From: Callorhinchus milii
Taxonomy: Eukaryota
DNA: 64,000 nt
Direction of reading: 5' to 3'
Assembly (NCBI RefSeq): GCF_018977255.1
Contig: NW_024704747.1
Span: forward strand, 1,426,001-1,490,000
A model generated the notes under the pieces. The model worked only from the letters and a program-made list of their open reading frames with translations, was not told the origin of the DNA and made no database searches. Every line of letters begins with the position of its first letter. Position 1 is the stretch's first letter. Positions 40,801-53,900 of the stretch are shown piece by piece. The position numbers and the translations under genes are program-made.

Positions 40801-43800
40801 GTAATGTATTATAGCGTGTACAAGGTTTATAATCTCCTGGCAGAAGCTAATGGTTCCTTACCCAGTTGGCGTCGTCCCAACCCGATCACAAATGTCCATG
40901 ATGAGTGTCCAATCCTCACTGGTGTTGTGCTCATTTGTAACTTTCTCTGAGGGAAAAATAGGGCAGGTTAGTGCCATCCGAAGGCAATGGGATTTTAGTG
41001 CCAACAATGACTTTAAGTGTATATCAACAACAAAATGACATTTGTAACGCGCCTTTCGCGTCAGGAGGACGTCCCAAGGTGCTGAACAGTTGGATATCAG
41101 ACCTGAGCGGGGTTGGGATGAGGGAGAGCTGAATGGCGGCTGAAGGCACAGTCGAAAAGCAGCGTCTTGAGTCGTGTCAAGGCAGCATTACATCATTGAG
41201 AAGCGGAACTCTTGGTACCCGTAGTGTTAATATGGGCAAGACACAGGGTTAAATCAAGCCAGTTAAACTTTCATTCTGATTGGGCCTCAGGTATATAATA
41301 AAAAAATGTTGCATTTGATATAGCGTCTTATCAAATCTTCAAGTCACCTCAAAGAGCTTCACAGAATATACTGTGAAGTGAATCGAGTGAGACCAAATTA
41401 TTTTTTTCAAGACATACGACACCCGGAAAGCCAATTGACTGACAACCGGGTTCCTACTTAGTGCTAGGTAAACAGAGGTGTGTGGAGAAGGAAACTATCC
41501 TCTTGTGCATCAATGTGGCACTTCACACCCCACAAACCAACCACTGAATTAGTGTCAAACTGTGGGCAGACTCTGACCACTGGCAACTAGGTTCCCATTA
41601 TCCTTACTTATTTTATTCGTAGTGAAAACGAGAAGGTTGCACTGCAGGTCCCAAAGGTAAAAACAAAATGCTATTCCACAGTCTCTTCTCTCTTCTCTGC
41701 ACTGCAAACCAGAGATGCAGATAAATAATACAGAACCATAGAAATTTATAGTACATCATCACTGTGACAGCTGCCTCAAGAGCAATCCTTTCAGTCCCAC
41801 TTACCTGCCCTTTCCCCATATCCCTGAAGCTGCCTTTTTTAAAAAAAAATATTAAGGTACCAGGCGATTCCTGTCAAGTGTAGAGACTGTATCTGGGGGG
41901 AACTGATTCACAGTTCACTTAGTGCTAGACAGTCTTGCACCTGTGACTGTGTAACGCTGGTGCAGAGGCACCAGGAATAACTTGGCAAATCAAAGAGACA
42001 ACATGTTCCAATAGTTCTTACTCTTGAGTCAGGCATCGAGTCACACACTAGTCACACGCCAGGGACAAAGTTCTGGCACGGTTCTCTCCTCAGGTAGACT
42101 GTTCAGATCCCTGGGGCTAAACAGTGAGTGGACACCTGCATTTTAATTATGCCACAGGATGTTTGATACGGTGGGCGACTCATGCCTCACACAAGTGTTT
42201 ATTCTCTAACATTCAGAAGCTATTTTTTTAGTTATAAACATTTTAATTTGTTCGCTAGAAAAACAAATGATAGCACGTAAGGTAAACAAAAAAAGTCTGG
42301 TCTGAACTCATCATTTGTACAAAAAGGGGACTGGGTTGGGCGCAGAGTTAAAGAGGTTGAATAAACAACCCAACTATTTCATAACCACCAGCACTTGATC
42401 ACAAACGATACATCCTGAAGATTTTATCCTTATTCCCCTTCGACAGGTGCCCTCTGCTATCTTGACCAACATTCAAGGGGGGACTGGGGGGGGGGGGGGG
42501 GGGGAAGAGAGCAAAATTAAAAAATGACAGCCAAACTGTTCCCCTCACACCCTGAGCTTACACCCTAAAAAATACCATTGGTATTCCCAACAACATAAGA
42601 TTTTCTTAGTAATTTTCCCTCTGCTAAGCTGAGGTGCTGAAGCCAGTTGTAGCATTCTCACGGTGTCTTGGTTGAGGGCAGCAATCTTGGCACAGACTGA
42701 GGACCATAGTACACCCTGCCCTTTCAAACAACTTCTTCTCTGCCTGCGTTCAAGATCCTCCTTAACCATTTCTGACTGTGCTTATAGTCAATAAACGTAA
42801 CTCTCCCTTCCCTTTTCCTGCTGGCTAGCACAATGTTAAGTTGTTGTCCTGGAACAGATTAACACATGCAAAGAGTCACCTTTAACTAAAGGAATATTGT
42901 GTTGAAAATGAGCCTGATAGCCAGCGGGGGTGGGGGGAGTTGCTCTAGCTTGTCAAAACTGGTTCTAGTTTAAAACGGGCTCATTAATGTTCTCACCTGC
43001 AGCACTAGCGAAAAAAAACAATCATTAAAGAGAAATTCTCGCCCACAATAAATTAACAATCAAAAACATAACCTCCTTAATTTTTTTTGCAGTGGTTTGT
43101 TAATTTTTGCTTAGAGCGAGTACTGCTATCAGGGGAACAGCTTAGAAGAGTTATTGAAAAGTTAGGCATAGGAAAGGGGGGGTAATGTCAGAAATGAACC
43201 CTCTGTTGCGGGCTTGGCAGTCAGTATTCCAGGATACTGCTGATAACAGACCAGTCACTGGGAGCAGGAATGATTCTTCAGTTCCTGTTAACCCTGCAAG
43301 CCAAAGCCCTGATGGTTAGGGTTCTCCCAGCTGGAAAGCTTGCCAGACAGCGATATGGATGGCAAGCTATGTGGTTTTAACTGGTTAAAATCCAGTAGAA
43401 TCCCAATGCACATTCTGGGGTCCCCAAGCCTTGCAAATCTGCATCTAATACTCTACCCGACCACTCCCTCTATTCCGAAAGGCACTATATATTTTATATA
43501 TACATTTTCTTATTGGTGTTCCAATCTTATGTTAGCTTTGAGAATCCTGCACAAGTTTCAATCTCCTGCTTCACGTTAACTGATCCCTATAAAAACTTGT
43601 TACCCTCTTATTTTGTTCAGGAAAAAATATAGAACTAGGCAATCAGGAGTATGTTGTCCTGGATATTGCTGTGTCTCCATGACAAAAAGAGCTGAACGTG
43701 TGATCAGCTGAGAGGATTCACAATAGAATCAGCAAATCCTCCCAAAATACCGATGAGATCATCAAAGCTTGCTCACTTAGGTCTTTCAAATGTGTTTGAT

Positions 43801-46800
43801 GCAGTCTGTTAGCAGATATCAGCTGAGGCACCATTCAGCAAGTTACAATTGGCCACAGTGCCTTAGGTTAGGGAGAGAAAGCTACAAGAAAATGCCATTC
43901 TCAGACCATAACTTTCAAAAACCAAAGTCAGCCTATTTACATGTACTTCCTTCGGAATAGAGGGAGTGGTAAGGTTGCAGAGAGGTAGGGTGGGACGAGC
44001 CCACGGGGGGAAAACAAAATTGATCTGAAGGGTAGCCAACATAACCGAGCGAGGATGGAGGTGATGGGCTCACAGAATTTTGTGCGGGAGACAACATGAG
44101 CTGCACAGTTCTGGATGGTGCAGCTCATGTTGAGTTAAGTGCTCTGGGACACTACCCTACATGTGGGGTGCTGTATAAATGCAAGATGTTGTTAGTCTCC
44201 CCACAGAGCTGGGGGACACCAGTGAGACTGTGTTGCAACATGTTGTGCAATTGGATTGCAATGTGACCTCAGGTGGAAACCCTTCCCAGAAGTTACATTT
44301 TGCATTCCACAGAAGAAGACTAAAGGCTGAGAAACTAGAAGTTTGAATATTATGGCGGCAAACAGGGTAAAGGCTGAATTTTGTTCCACCAATGTCTCTA
44401 CAAATGTAAGTTGCCAATTTACTTGAATTTGGGGTAAATTTGAATGACAAATGAAATATCAACAACAAATTATATACACAGGGCGTTTCATCTTGAGGAC
44501 ATCCCAAGGTGCTGGACAGTCAGGGATTTCTACCTGAGCTGGGGTTTGGGATCAAGAGCAGGGAAGGTAGGGGTAGGAATGTGACCAACAACAAAAACAA
44601 GATTTCATTTATAGAGCACCTTTCACGTCGGGAGGGCGTCCCAAGGCGCTGGACATTTGGGTCGGGACCCGAGCAGGGGGGGAAATGGTCAGGGTGAGGG
44701 GAGGGAAGGAGCGAGGAGGGGGGTAATGGTCAGGATGAGGGGAGGGAAGGGAGGGAGCGAGTAGAGAGTCGAGAGGAGAGCTGAAGGCGCGGTCAAAGAG
44801 AAAGGTTTTGAGACCGGCCTTGAAGGAGGAAAGGGAGGAGGCGGCGAAGGCACTGGGGATAGAGTTCCAGAGCCTCGGGGCTGAGAGGCTGAAGGCCACC
44901 GATGGTAGGGCGGTTGGGGCGGGGGATGTGGAGCAGACCAGAGCCAGAGGAACGGAGGGTACGGGCAGGTAGGTAGGGGGATAGTAGGTCGGAGAGGTAG
45001 GAGGGAGCGAGGCCGTGAATGGCCTTGTAGGTGAGGATGAGGATCTTGAATTCGATCCTCTGGGGGATGGGGAGCCAGTGGAGACGAACACATTTGAAGA
45101 GAAGGGTCTTGAGATAGAACAGGAAGAAAAACTCCACACATCTTTAAAATAGGAGGGGGGGACTAACATTCAGCCCATTATACATAACACACCGAGGACC
45201 TACATTTACAATACAAATTATAATTCAATTTAAAAACCTACTGGACTGGGGGTATTGCAATAGCATTTTAACATACACTCTTCACTGTTAAAACACACGT
45301 ACAATATGACACAGTTGCCCAAACACCCATCCATCTAGACTAACCGGTTAAGCAACAACATTATTTTTTTATATATACCCATCGACATAAATGAAGTTGA
45401 ATATTTTAGATGATGAAATGGAAATAAACTGAACCATGGAAGTGAACGGATAATTTTCTATTGTGAGGACAGGGACCCAGAGAGAGAGAGAGAGGACAGG
45501 GACCCACACACACAGAGAGAGAGGGGACAGGGACCCACACAGAGAGAGAGGACAGGGACCCACACAGAGAGAGAGGACAGGGACCCACAGAGAGAGAGGG
45601 GGGACAGGGACCCACACAAACACAGAGAGAGAGAGGACAGTGACCCACAGAGAGAGAGAGAGAGGACAGGGACCGACACAGAGAGAGAGAGGACAGGGAC
45701 CCACACAAACACAGAGAGAGAGGAGAGAGAGGACAGGGACCGACACAGAGAGAGAGAGAGAGGACAGGGACCCACACAAACACAGAGAGAGAGGGGACAG
45801 GGACCCACAGAGAGAGAGAGAGGGGACAGTGTCCCACAGAGAGAGAGAGAGGGGACAGAGACCCACAGAGAGAGAGAGAGGGGACAGGGACCCACAGAGA
45901 GAGAGAGAGAGAGAGGACAAGGACCCAGAGAGAGAGAGAGAGGACAGGGACCCAGAGAGAGAGAGAGAGGACACGGACCCAGAGAGAGAGAGAGAGGACA
46001 GGGACCCACACAGACACAGAGAGAGAGAGAACAGGGACCCACACAGAGAGAGAGGGGACAGGGACCCACACAGACACACAGAGAGAGAGAGAGGGGACAG
46101 GGACCCACACAGAGAGAGAGAGAGGACAGGGACCCACACAGACCCAGAGAGAGAGAGGACAGGGACCCACACAGACCCAGAGAGAGAGAGAGGACAGGGA
46201 CCCACAGAGAGAGAGAGAGAGAGGACAGGGACCCACACAGACCCAGAGAGAGAGAGAGGACAGGGACCCACACAGACCCAGAGAGAGNNNNNNNNNNNNN
46301 NNNNNNNNNNNNNNNNNNNNNNNNNNNNNNNNNNNNNNNNNNNNNNNNNNNNNNNNNNNNNNNNNNNNNNNNNNNNNNNNNNNNNNNNNNNNNNNNNNNN
46401 NNNNNNNNNNNNNNNNNNNNNNNNNNNNNNNNNNNAGAGGACAGGGACCCACACAGACCCAGAGAGAGAGAGAGGACAGGGACCCACACAGACCCAGAGA
46501 GAGAGAGAGGACAGGGACCCACAGAGAGAGAGAGAGGACAGGGACCCACACAGACNNNNNNNNNNNNNNNNNNNNNNNNNNNNNNNNNNNNNNNNNNNNN
46601 NNNNNNNNNNNNNNNNNNNNNNNNNNNNNNNNNNNNNNNNNNNNNNNNNNNNNNNNNNNNNNNNNNNNNNNNNNNNNNNNNNNNNNNNNNNNNNNNNNNN
46701 NNNNNNNNNNNNNNNNNNNNNNNNNNNNNNNNNNNNNNNNNNNNNNNNNNNNNNNNNNNNNNNNNNNNNNNNNNNNNNNNNNNNNNNNNNNNNNNNNNNN

Positions 46801-46996
46801 NNNNNNNNNNNNNNNNNNNNNNNNNNNNNNNNNNNNNNNNNNNNNNNNNNNNNNNNNNNNNNNNNNNNNNNNNNNNNNNNNNNNNNNNNNNNNNNNNNNN
46901 NNNNNNNGACAAAGAGACAGACAGACAGACGCACAGAGACCCCGCACTGGACTCACCGACATCTTGGTCGAAGGGGTTGTTGGTGAAGAACGGCAT
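31864..46996 (-). CDS. STAM2: Signal transducing adapter molecule 2 (ESCRT-0; VHS-UIM-SH3-GAT), 534 aa; complement(join(31864..32068,32893..33059,33563..33749,34136..34190,35350..35437,36057..36142,36918..37012,37272..37467,38225..38297,38922..39068,39818..39922,40650..40725,40862..40946,46957..46996))
   Basis: [13 protein letters not shown]|[21 protein letters not shown]; [25 protein letters not shown]; [18 protein letters not shown]; SH3 [21 protein letters not shown]...DPNWWKG; [28 protein letters not shown]2-like residues: [12 protein letters not shown] and the C-terminal QQPLL*. 14 GT-AG exons, 1605 nt in frame. Confidence 0.93.
44585..45110 (-). mobile_element. L2-clade LINE 3' fragment
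   Basis: Translates [46 protein letters not shown] (typical L2 ORF2 C-terminus), then a 3' UTR with CAGCGCCTTGGGACG...GAAAGGTGCT and a TTG-rich tail. Confidence 0.9.
45465..46555. repeat. Minisatellite (GGACAGGGACCCAC(AC) + (AG)n) in STAM2 intron 1, interrupted by N-gaps at 46288-46435 and 46556-46907
   Basis: Directly visible tandem array. Confidence 0.95.
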
Positions 46997-47995
46997 CGCT
47001 GCGGCCGGTGTGGAAGCTCCTCCCGTCCGTCCCGTCCCGTCCGTCGGTCGGTGCGTCCGTCCGTCCGACTCTCCGTCGACGGGGTGAGGCTGCGGGGAAA
47101 TATGGGGCCGACGAGAGAGGAACAACAGAGGCGGGAGGAGGAGGAGGAGAGGAGAGGCCTAACCCCCCGGGCTCTAACCCCGCGCTGTCGCCGCCGCCGC
47201 CGCCGCCTGACTCATGCTAACCGGCGGCTCCGGGCCTCGGGCCTCCTCACCTCACCCGAACCTCCTCACAAAGCACGGGCTCCCCCCCCGGGGGGTGTGG
47301 GGGGTGAGGGGGGAGTGTGTGGGGGGTTCTCCTCTCCCACCGACTCTCGTCTTTTCGAATAAATTTTGAATTTCAACCGTCTGTTTTCAGCCGTTGACGG
47401 TGACGGTGTTGTTGTTGTTGTTTTTCGGGGGGGTCGGGGGAGGAGGGGGGCGTCGGGAAGGCTAATTTATTAGGGACACTCCCCGGAGAAGGAGAAACGT
47501 TAAGTCGAAGAAGAAGAAGAAGAAGAAGAAGAAAAAAAGAAGGAAAGTAAGTAAATAAATAAAAAAAGTCGGCGGCAGATCAGGTGATTCTCTCTCACTC
47601 ACTCACTCACTCCCGGACTGACTCTGACTGACTGAAGCCGCGACTCCCGCCTCAACGGCGCCACCCCTCGGCGCCGCGCGTCTCGGCTGACCGTCACCTC
47701 TTGGACGCGTCCGCCGTCTCGTTGGCAGCGACGGCAGCCCCTCCCTCCCTCCCCCCCCCACTCCCTCCACGCTCAAAACAGCCCAATTCTGACGTCACCG
47801 GGGCGCGCGTGGAGCCCGGAACAGTAGCCCGAGATGACGCGTTGCCTTTCTGCGAACCTTGGGCTATTTTGGGGGGCGGGGAAGGGGCGGGGCTTCAAGC
47901 CGAGGCGGCGCAGTTCCCAGTCAGCCCGCCTAGGGGGCAGCACCGAATGTGGCGCAGCACCAACCGCCAACCCGGTGACAGTTGGATCGGCAGCA
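46997..47995. promoter_or_regulatory. CpG island / bidirectional promoter between STAM2 and HACD2
   Basis: The ATGs are 1000 bp apart and CpG density is high. CCAAT at 47783-47787, perfect CRE TGACGTCA at 47790-47797, tandem GC boxes at ~47872-47893. Confidence 0.75.
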
Positions 47996-50900
47996 ATGGC
48001 GGGGGTGATGGAGGCGGGACGCGAGAGCCCGTGCGGCCCGGAGCAGAAGAGTTGGGCCCACGACGCTCCCCAGAAGCGGAGGAGAGGCCCGGGAGCCGTG
48101 GCCACGGCCTACATGATCGTCTACAACGTGGTGATGACGGCCGGGTGAGGGAGGCGCGGGAGTGGGGGGGGGGGCTCCCGCGATCCCGGGGAGAGAGAGA
48201 GGGGAGAGAGAGGGGCTGGGGGGACCGTCTCTAAATCACACCCCGGGGCTAAAAGCGCACACACATGGTCATCCCGTTTTCCCTTAAAATCAATCGGTGG
48301 CTCCGAGAAGGGCTGTGGTGTGTGTGTGTCTGTATAATAACTGAGCGGGGGGCTCTCCCCCCCCACCCACCCCCCACCCCCGGTCTCCGGGAGCTTCGAG
48401 TCGTGGCGCACCATCGACCGACGGTCCCTTAAGGGTTGGGTTGAGGGGCAATGTGCAACGGAGAGGCTTTGGTGCCTCTTTGGAGGAGCGTTGCGTTGGT
48501 GGGGGTCGCAGTTGCAGATGCATTGAGGAGGGTTGGGGTGGGGGGGTCCCAATTAGTGTTGCAATGCAATGATTTAACCCCCACCCACCCCCTGCCCCAC
48601 CCCCCCCTTCTCTTTCCCCCCCTCCCTCCCCCCCCACCCCCTCTTCCTCCTCTCCCATTCCCCCCCCCCCTCCCTCCCCCATCTTCTTTGAACCCCTTTT
48701 CCAAACCCAACCCCAAAGTGACCTCAAAACGAGATGCGTTCACTCTCGTCTCACCCCCAAGAGGCGAAGGAGAAGGAGAGAAGGAGAGAAAGAAAATGGC
48801 ATTGCATGTCACCAATGTTTGGTGTTGCAATGCAATGACTTTTTTTTTATATACACACACACCACACACACACACCACACACAGACACACCCTTAATCGC
48901 TTCCCCTCTTTCCCTTCCTCTAACCCCCCCCCCCCCCCCCACCAGCAAAACCGTGTAATAAATCGAGTCAAAAGGAAGAATAACCTGCAAGCACAGTACT
49001 TCTATGGTGCTTCTATTTTTAGGCTTGTATTTGGGTTATTGCAGGGATTGGTGTCAAGTGGGACAGGACCAGAGTAAATCCCAGGCAAATGCTTTTAATA
49101 CATGTGGAGGCTGCACAAATGTAGGGCAGTTTCAGGACAGACGCTCGGAAGCATTTTCTCTACGCAGGAATCGCTCTCCCGGCGCCCTGACCAACCATCT
49201 CCCACCCAAATGAAAATAAAATTGGCCGCTCGATCCACGACCGTTCGTAGGTCAGCGCCGCGTGCGAGTTGGCTGTCGCCTTTCACCCGTGAAATGGAAC
49301 AGTCCGTCCGCTTTAAGGTCTATTCCGTGAAGCGCTGTTGAGACGACTCGACGGCGTGACGAGACTCCGCAGCAAATGCGTGGGTTATTATTAATTGACA
49401 CCAGGAAGGGGGGGGGGGGGTGTGGAGGCCACAACGCTGAAGTCAGTTAAGAAACTGGCTCCGTGCTGTAAATGGGAAAATGGGAGGGCGGGTGTTCTGC
49501 AAAGATAAGATGAAATGGGCTGAAGGAATTTATTAAGTTGCACCTTCCTTGTGCTTGATAAGGGGTGAAAACCTTTGTACAAACCAGATATCAGAGCTGT
49601 TGCACTTTATCCTTAAAAACACGCAGGGACCAACCCTGTGAAAGTAAGAGCCTATCACAATGCTGCCATTTTCTCCAGAGCGGCAAACTTACAATAGAGC
49701 CCTGTTCTAACGTGGGAATTGAAGGGAGGAGATCAAATCCCAACCGGATAACTGGTTCATCAGTTGGCGCTTTTAATGCCGTGACATCAGTTGATCCCAT
49801 GATGGACATCTCTGTACACATGCGCAGAAAGTTGCGTTAGAAAATGAAAGCTTCCCGAACATGGCCAACTTCTGAGTCTTGAGGGGAGCCCAGAGTGTGC
49901 GTTGGGGTAACTGCTGGAGTCTAACCAGATAAAACTGCAAAGCTGCAAAGCCAATGTGTCATCCAGAGAAATGCCGATCGCTGTAATCAGAAACAAAGGT
50001 AGGGCCAAAATCTTCATGCCCAACCGTGGTTGGGGGAGTGGGGGTGACGGAGAGAGAAAGGGGAGTATTCAGCCTTGAAACCACTTGAAATCACATTCGC
50101 TTTAACTTCAGAATTTTTTAATGGATTCAAGGTGTAATGGTATCAAATCAGAGCAAAGGAGCAGAGGTGGGATGAGATTACGATGGCTTCTTGGAGGGAC
50201 AAACATGTGCACCAAAAACCATGCCAATGGCCTCCTACTGTTTTGTACGGCTATGAAAAGGATGCAGCATTGCAGAGTCACGTGTAACACGTCTCATGTG
50301 ATTGCCTTTCAGGTGGCTGGTCATCGCAGTGGGGCTGATTCGAGCCGGGCTGGCCAAGGGCACTTACCACGGTCTCTATTATTCCATAGAGAAGCCACTG
50401 AAGTTCTTCCAGACGGGAGCCCTGCTGGAGGTGGGTGATGTGCCAGCTTGGGCCTGTCGCTGCCCATCCCAACTGCGCTCTCCTTTGGCACCAACTGGCA
50501 GCAAATGTAGCGCGAGTGGGACGAGATGGGGGAAGAGAACAGAAGCCAGTCTCTTCAGTCTTGAAAGGGCTGCAGTTTTGGCAGCAGTCCGTCCACATAC
50601 CCCCTCCTCCCCACCCCCCCGATTCCTGCAGTTGAATAGATTCCTGGCACTCACTGGCTGTACTCTTACACGTGGAGTCATGTAGCGTAGTGGTTAGAGC
50701 ACTCGCCTCTCAAGCAAGAGGACCCAGGTTCGATTCCCAGACAGAGTGAAACCATACGCAAGTTTCTTTATTCTACATGCCCCTGTTTACCTAGCCGTAC
50801 CGCTCGTCTCAGAGAGGAGAGAATCTTATGGAGGTGTATAAAATGCTGAATGGGATTGAGAGAGTAAAGCCAGAGCAAAGACGCAGAAGGGCGTCTGGTG

Positions 50901-53900
50901 TCTTGGCAACCAACAGAAAGCTGCTGTGCCCTTACTGACCGGCCCGGAAGCACTGACGAGCAGCCACGTTTAGAGCTCCCCCTTATACCATGCGTCCTGA
51001 GTCCATGGCCCTCACGTCACTGCGGTATAACGGGAGTTGGCCTGTGCTATTACTAGTGGAAGGAAAGTGCTAGGAATTTTCAGGTTGGGGGTGGGGGGGG
51101 GGGGTGAGGAATGCTGCCTGTGTGCGCTGTTCCAATGCACTGCAACAAGCAAGCCCGCTTCAAGGTAAAATCCGTGCGAGTTCCAATAGGATCGAGTGGA
51201 TTGTGGGAGGAATTCTCCCCCGCCCTTAACCAGCTGTAAATGCCAATTGCACCCCGTGATCCCTCACACTGAGAGAGAGCCCTCGTGTGCTGTGTTACGG
51301 AAGCGCGGGTTTGAATCTATTATCAGGCTGTCTATCCGGTATGTGATTGAGCCGTACAGAGCCTCTCCATGCCCAGTCTGTGCCGAGTTGACTCGAAGTC
51401 AGCTGGGAGAGGTCGCTGCTATTGACCTCTGCACCTCTGGCTGGGAAAGGCAAGCATCAGTTTGGGTTTCTGCCACCGAGCGGACTATCCAGTCATAACC
51501 ATCCCTTTCCCAGGGCTGGGATCTGTGCATGAGAGGAGCCTAGGTGACCACACACACAGACACACACACACCACACACACAGATGCACACACAGACACAA
51601 AACAAACACACTACACACACACACACACACAGACGCACCATAGTTTTGATTTACTTTTAAGAACAGGGATGTGGACTCTCGAATATTCAGTTGGTCACTC
51701 AATCCACGGCTCTTTGTGGGGACGCTGCTGTGCGCAATTGGCTGTCGCGTTTCGCCCACAAAGCACACAGTCGATCCACTTTACGGTGTATCCTGTGAAA
51801 CTCTTCGGTACTTCTCGAAGACGTGATAAGGCGCTGTATCAGATGCAAGGATTATTATTATTATTAACCAAAACTAATTAGTGGGGAACCACTCTTAATA
51901 TTTTCCTCTTTTTCTTCCAGATCCTTCACTGCGCTGTGGGTACGTATCTAGTTTTTTTGGTAAGAACAAGGCAATCGCATGTATTGAAAGATTGTCGTGA
52001 GATCACTCCACAGTTTATCTGCTTGACCAAATACGAGCTGCTTTTGGAGGGTTGGTGAATTTTCTGCTGTGAATCTGTTGCAGATTGATGGACATGCGGT
52101 CCTGGGGGTGGGAGAGAGAGGGAGGGAAGAGGGCAGTTTGATCGACACAACATCCTTATACCTCTAAGACGAGGATTTGAACCCAACTCGGGTTGAGAGA
52201 GTGACAATCTCTCTGCTTTCGGCCAAGCTCTTAGACACCATGTCCCCCTTCCCCTTTCTCTTCCAGTGGGCCTCTCTGTCTCTCGCCCCGCTTTCAAGAA
52301 CCTCCTCATAAACTCTCCCCCTTTTGCTGTGCCCAAGTGGGGAGTTGGGATCAGGAGGAGTGGGGTGTGAGGGCGTGTGGGGGTAGGAGGGTGACCGAAG
52401 GCGCGGTAAAAGAGGAAGGTCTTGAAGGAGGCAAGAGAAGAGGGTGAGGCGATGGGAATACGGGATGGAGTTCCTAAGGGTGGGGACAGAGAGAGGCTGA
52501 AGGCTGACCGCTGATGGTGGGTCGGGCCGGGCAAGGGGTGTGGAGCAGGCCAGCATTTGCTGAGCGGAGGGAGCGGGCACGACAAACGTATGATATTTTT
52601 AAGTGTCCTTCTGTTTTACGTGTAAGAACTCCGTGATTCTGTTTCCACAGGGATCGTCCCATCCTCTGTGGTGCTGACAGGATTCCAGGTCATGTCACGA
52701 GTCTTCTTGACTTGGGCGGTGACCCACAGCGTGAAGCAGGTAAAACCAGGAGCTGCCTCAACACTGCAGCTCCTCTCTCTCTCTCCTCTCCCCCTCTCTC
52801 TTCTATCCCTCTTCTCTTCTCTCTCTTTCCTCTCTCCCCCTTCGCCCTCTCTCCCCCCTCGCCCTCTCGCCTTCTCTCTCTTCTCCCTCTCTCGTTTCTC
52901 TCCCTCTCTCTCTTCTATCTCTCTTCTCTCTCCTCTCTCTTCTCTCCCTTTCCCCCTCGCTCTCTCTTTCTCTCCGCTCCCCTCTCTCGCTGGCTCTAGT
53001 GTTAGCTCAACAACTTTCCTCTGTATAAAGTGCCGCGACCAAGGTCCATCTTTCTTTCCGCCTCGTGATCTTGCCCTCTCCGACCCCAACCTCGAATCCC
53101 GCCTGAAGACCTTCCTTTCTGATCGTGCTTGTAAGGTCACCTCCCCCACTCCTTCTCTCCTTGGCTCGGGGTCAGACGCCGCCACTGTCAAGCGCTCCGG
53201 GAAGCTACTCCGCATGAAGGAGTATGTAGCTGTAAGTTGTTGGTCTTTGTCAGGTTCAGAACGAGGACAGCGTGCTCCTGTTTGTGGTGGCCTGGGCGGT
53301 TACCGAGATAGTCCGCTACTCCTTCTACACCTTCAGTCTCCTCAACCACCTGCCCTACCTCATCAAATGGGCCAGGTAAGCTCACAGCAAGCCGGGCGCC
53401 ACCACTGACACCATTTACACTCGAGGACTTTGATATTGCATCTTGTCGCACCGTTGAGACGTCTCAAAGCGCTTCGCAGAATATACTGTAAATAATAATA
53501 ATATTCCTTGCATTTGATATAGCGCTTTTCACGTCTTCGAGCCGACCCACTTTACAGTATATCCCATGAAGCGCTTTGAGACGTCTCAACGATGTGATAA
53601 GGCGCTGTATCAAATGCAAGGATTATTATTATTATTATTATTTCCCTCTGCACACTGTCAACCATCTCTCTGTCAAACCCTCATGCGTGAAGAACGCCAG
53701 ATAAACGCAAGTTACCACTTGGTTGTACTTCACTGGAGCGTTAGCTTAGCTCCTGAGCTCGAGGCCTGATGTGGGTCTGGAATCTATCATTCCGGCCAAG
53801 AGGCGAGAGAGAGAGAGAAAGAGAGAGAGCTGCTGCCTGAGCCAAGGTTACGGCGGGTGGTGGGGGAAGGTGACTTTAAGCACAGTCGAAGAGGAAGGTT

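Noticed and set aside
45369-47125. ORFs of >500 aa
   Set aside because: They are artefacts of the (AG)n minisatellite and N-gaps; only the 40-nt STAM2 exon 1 is coding.
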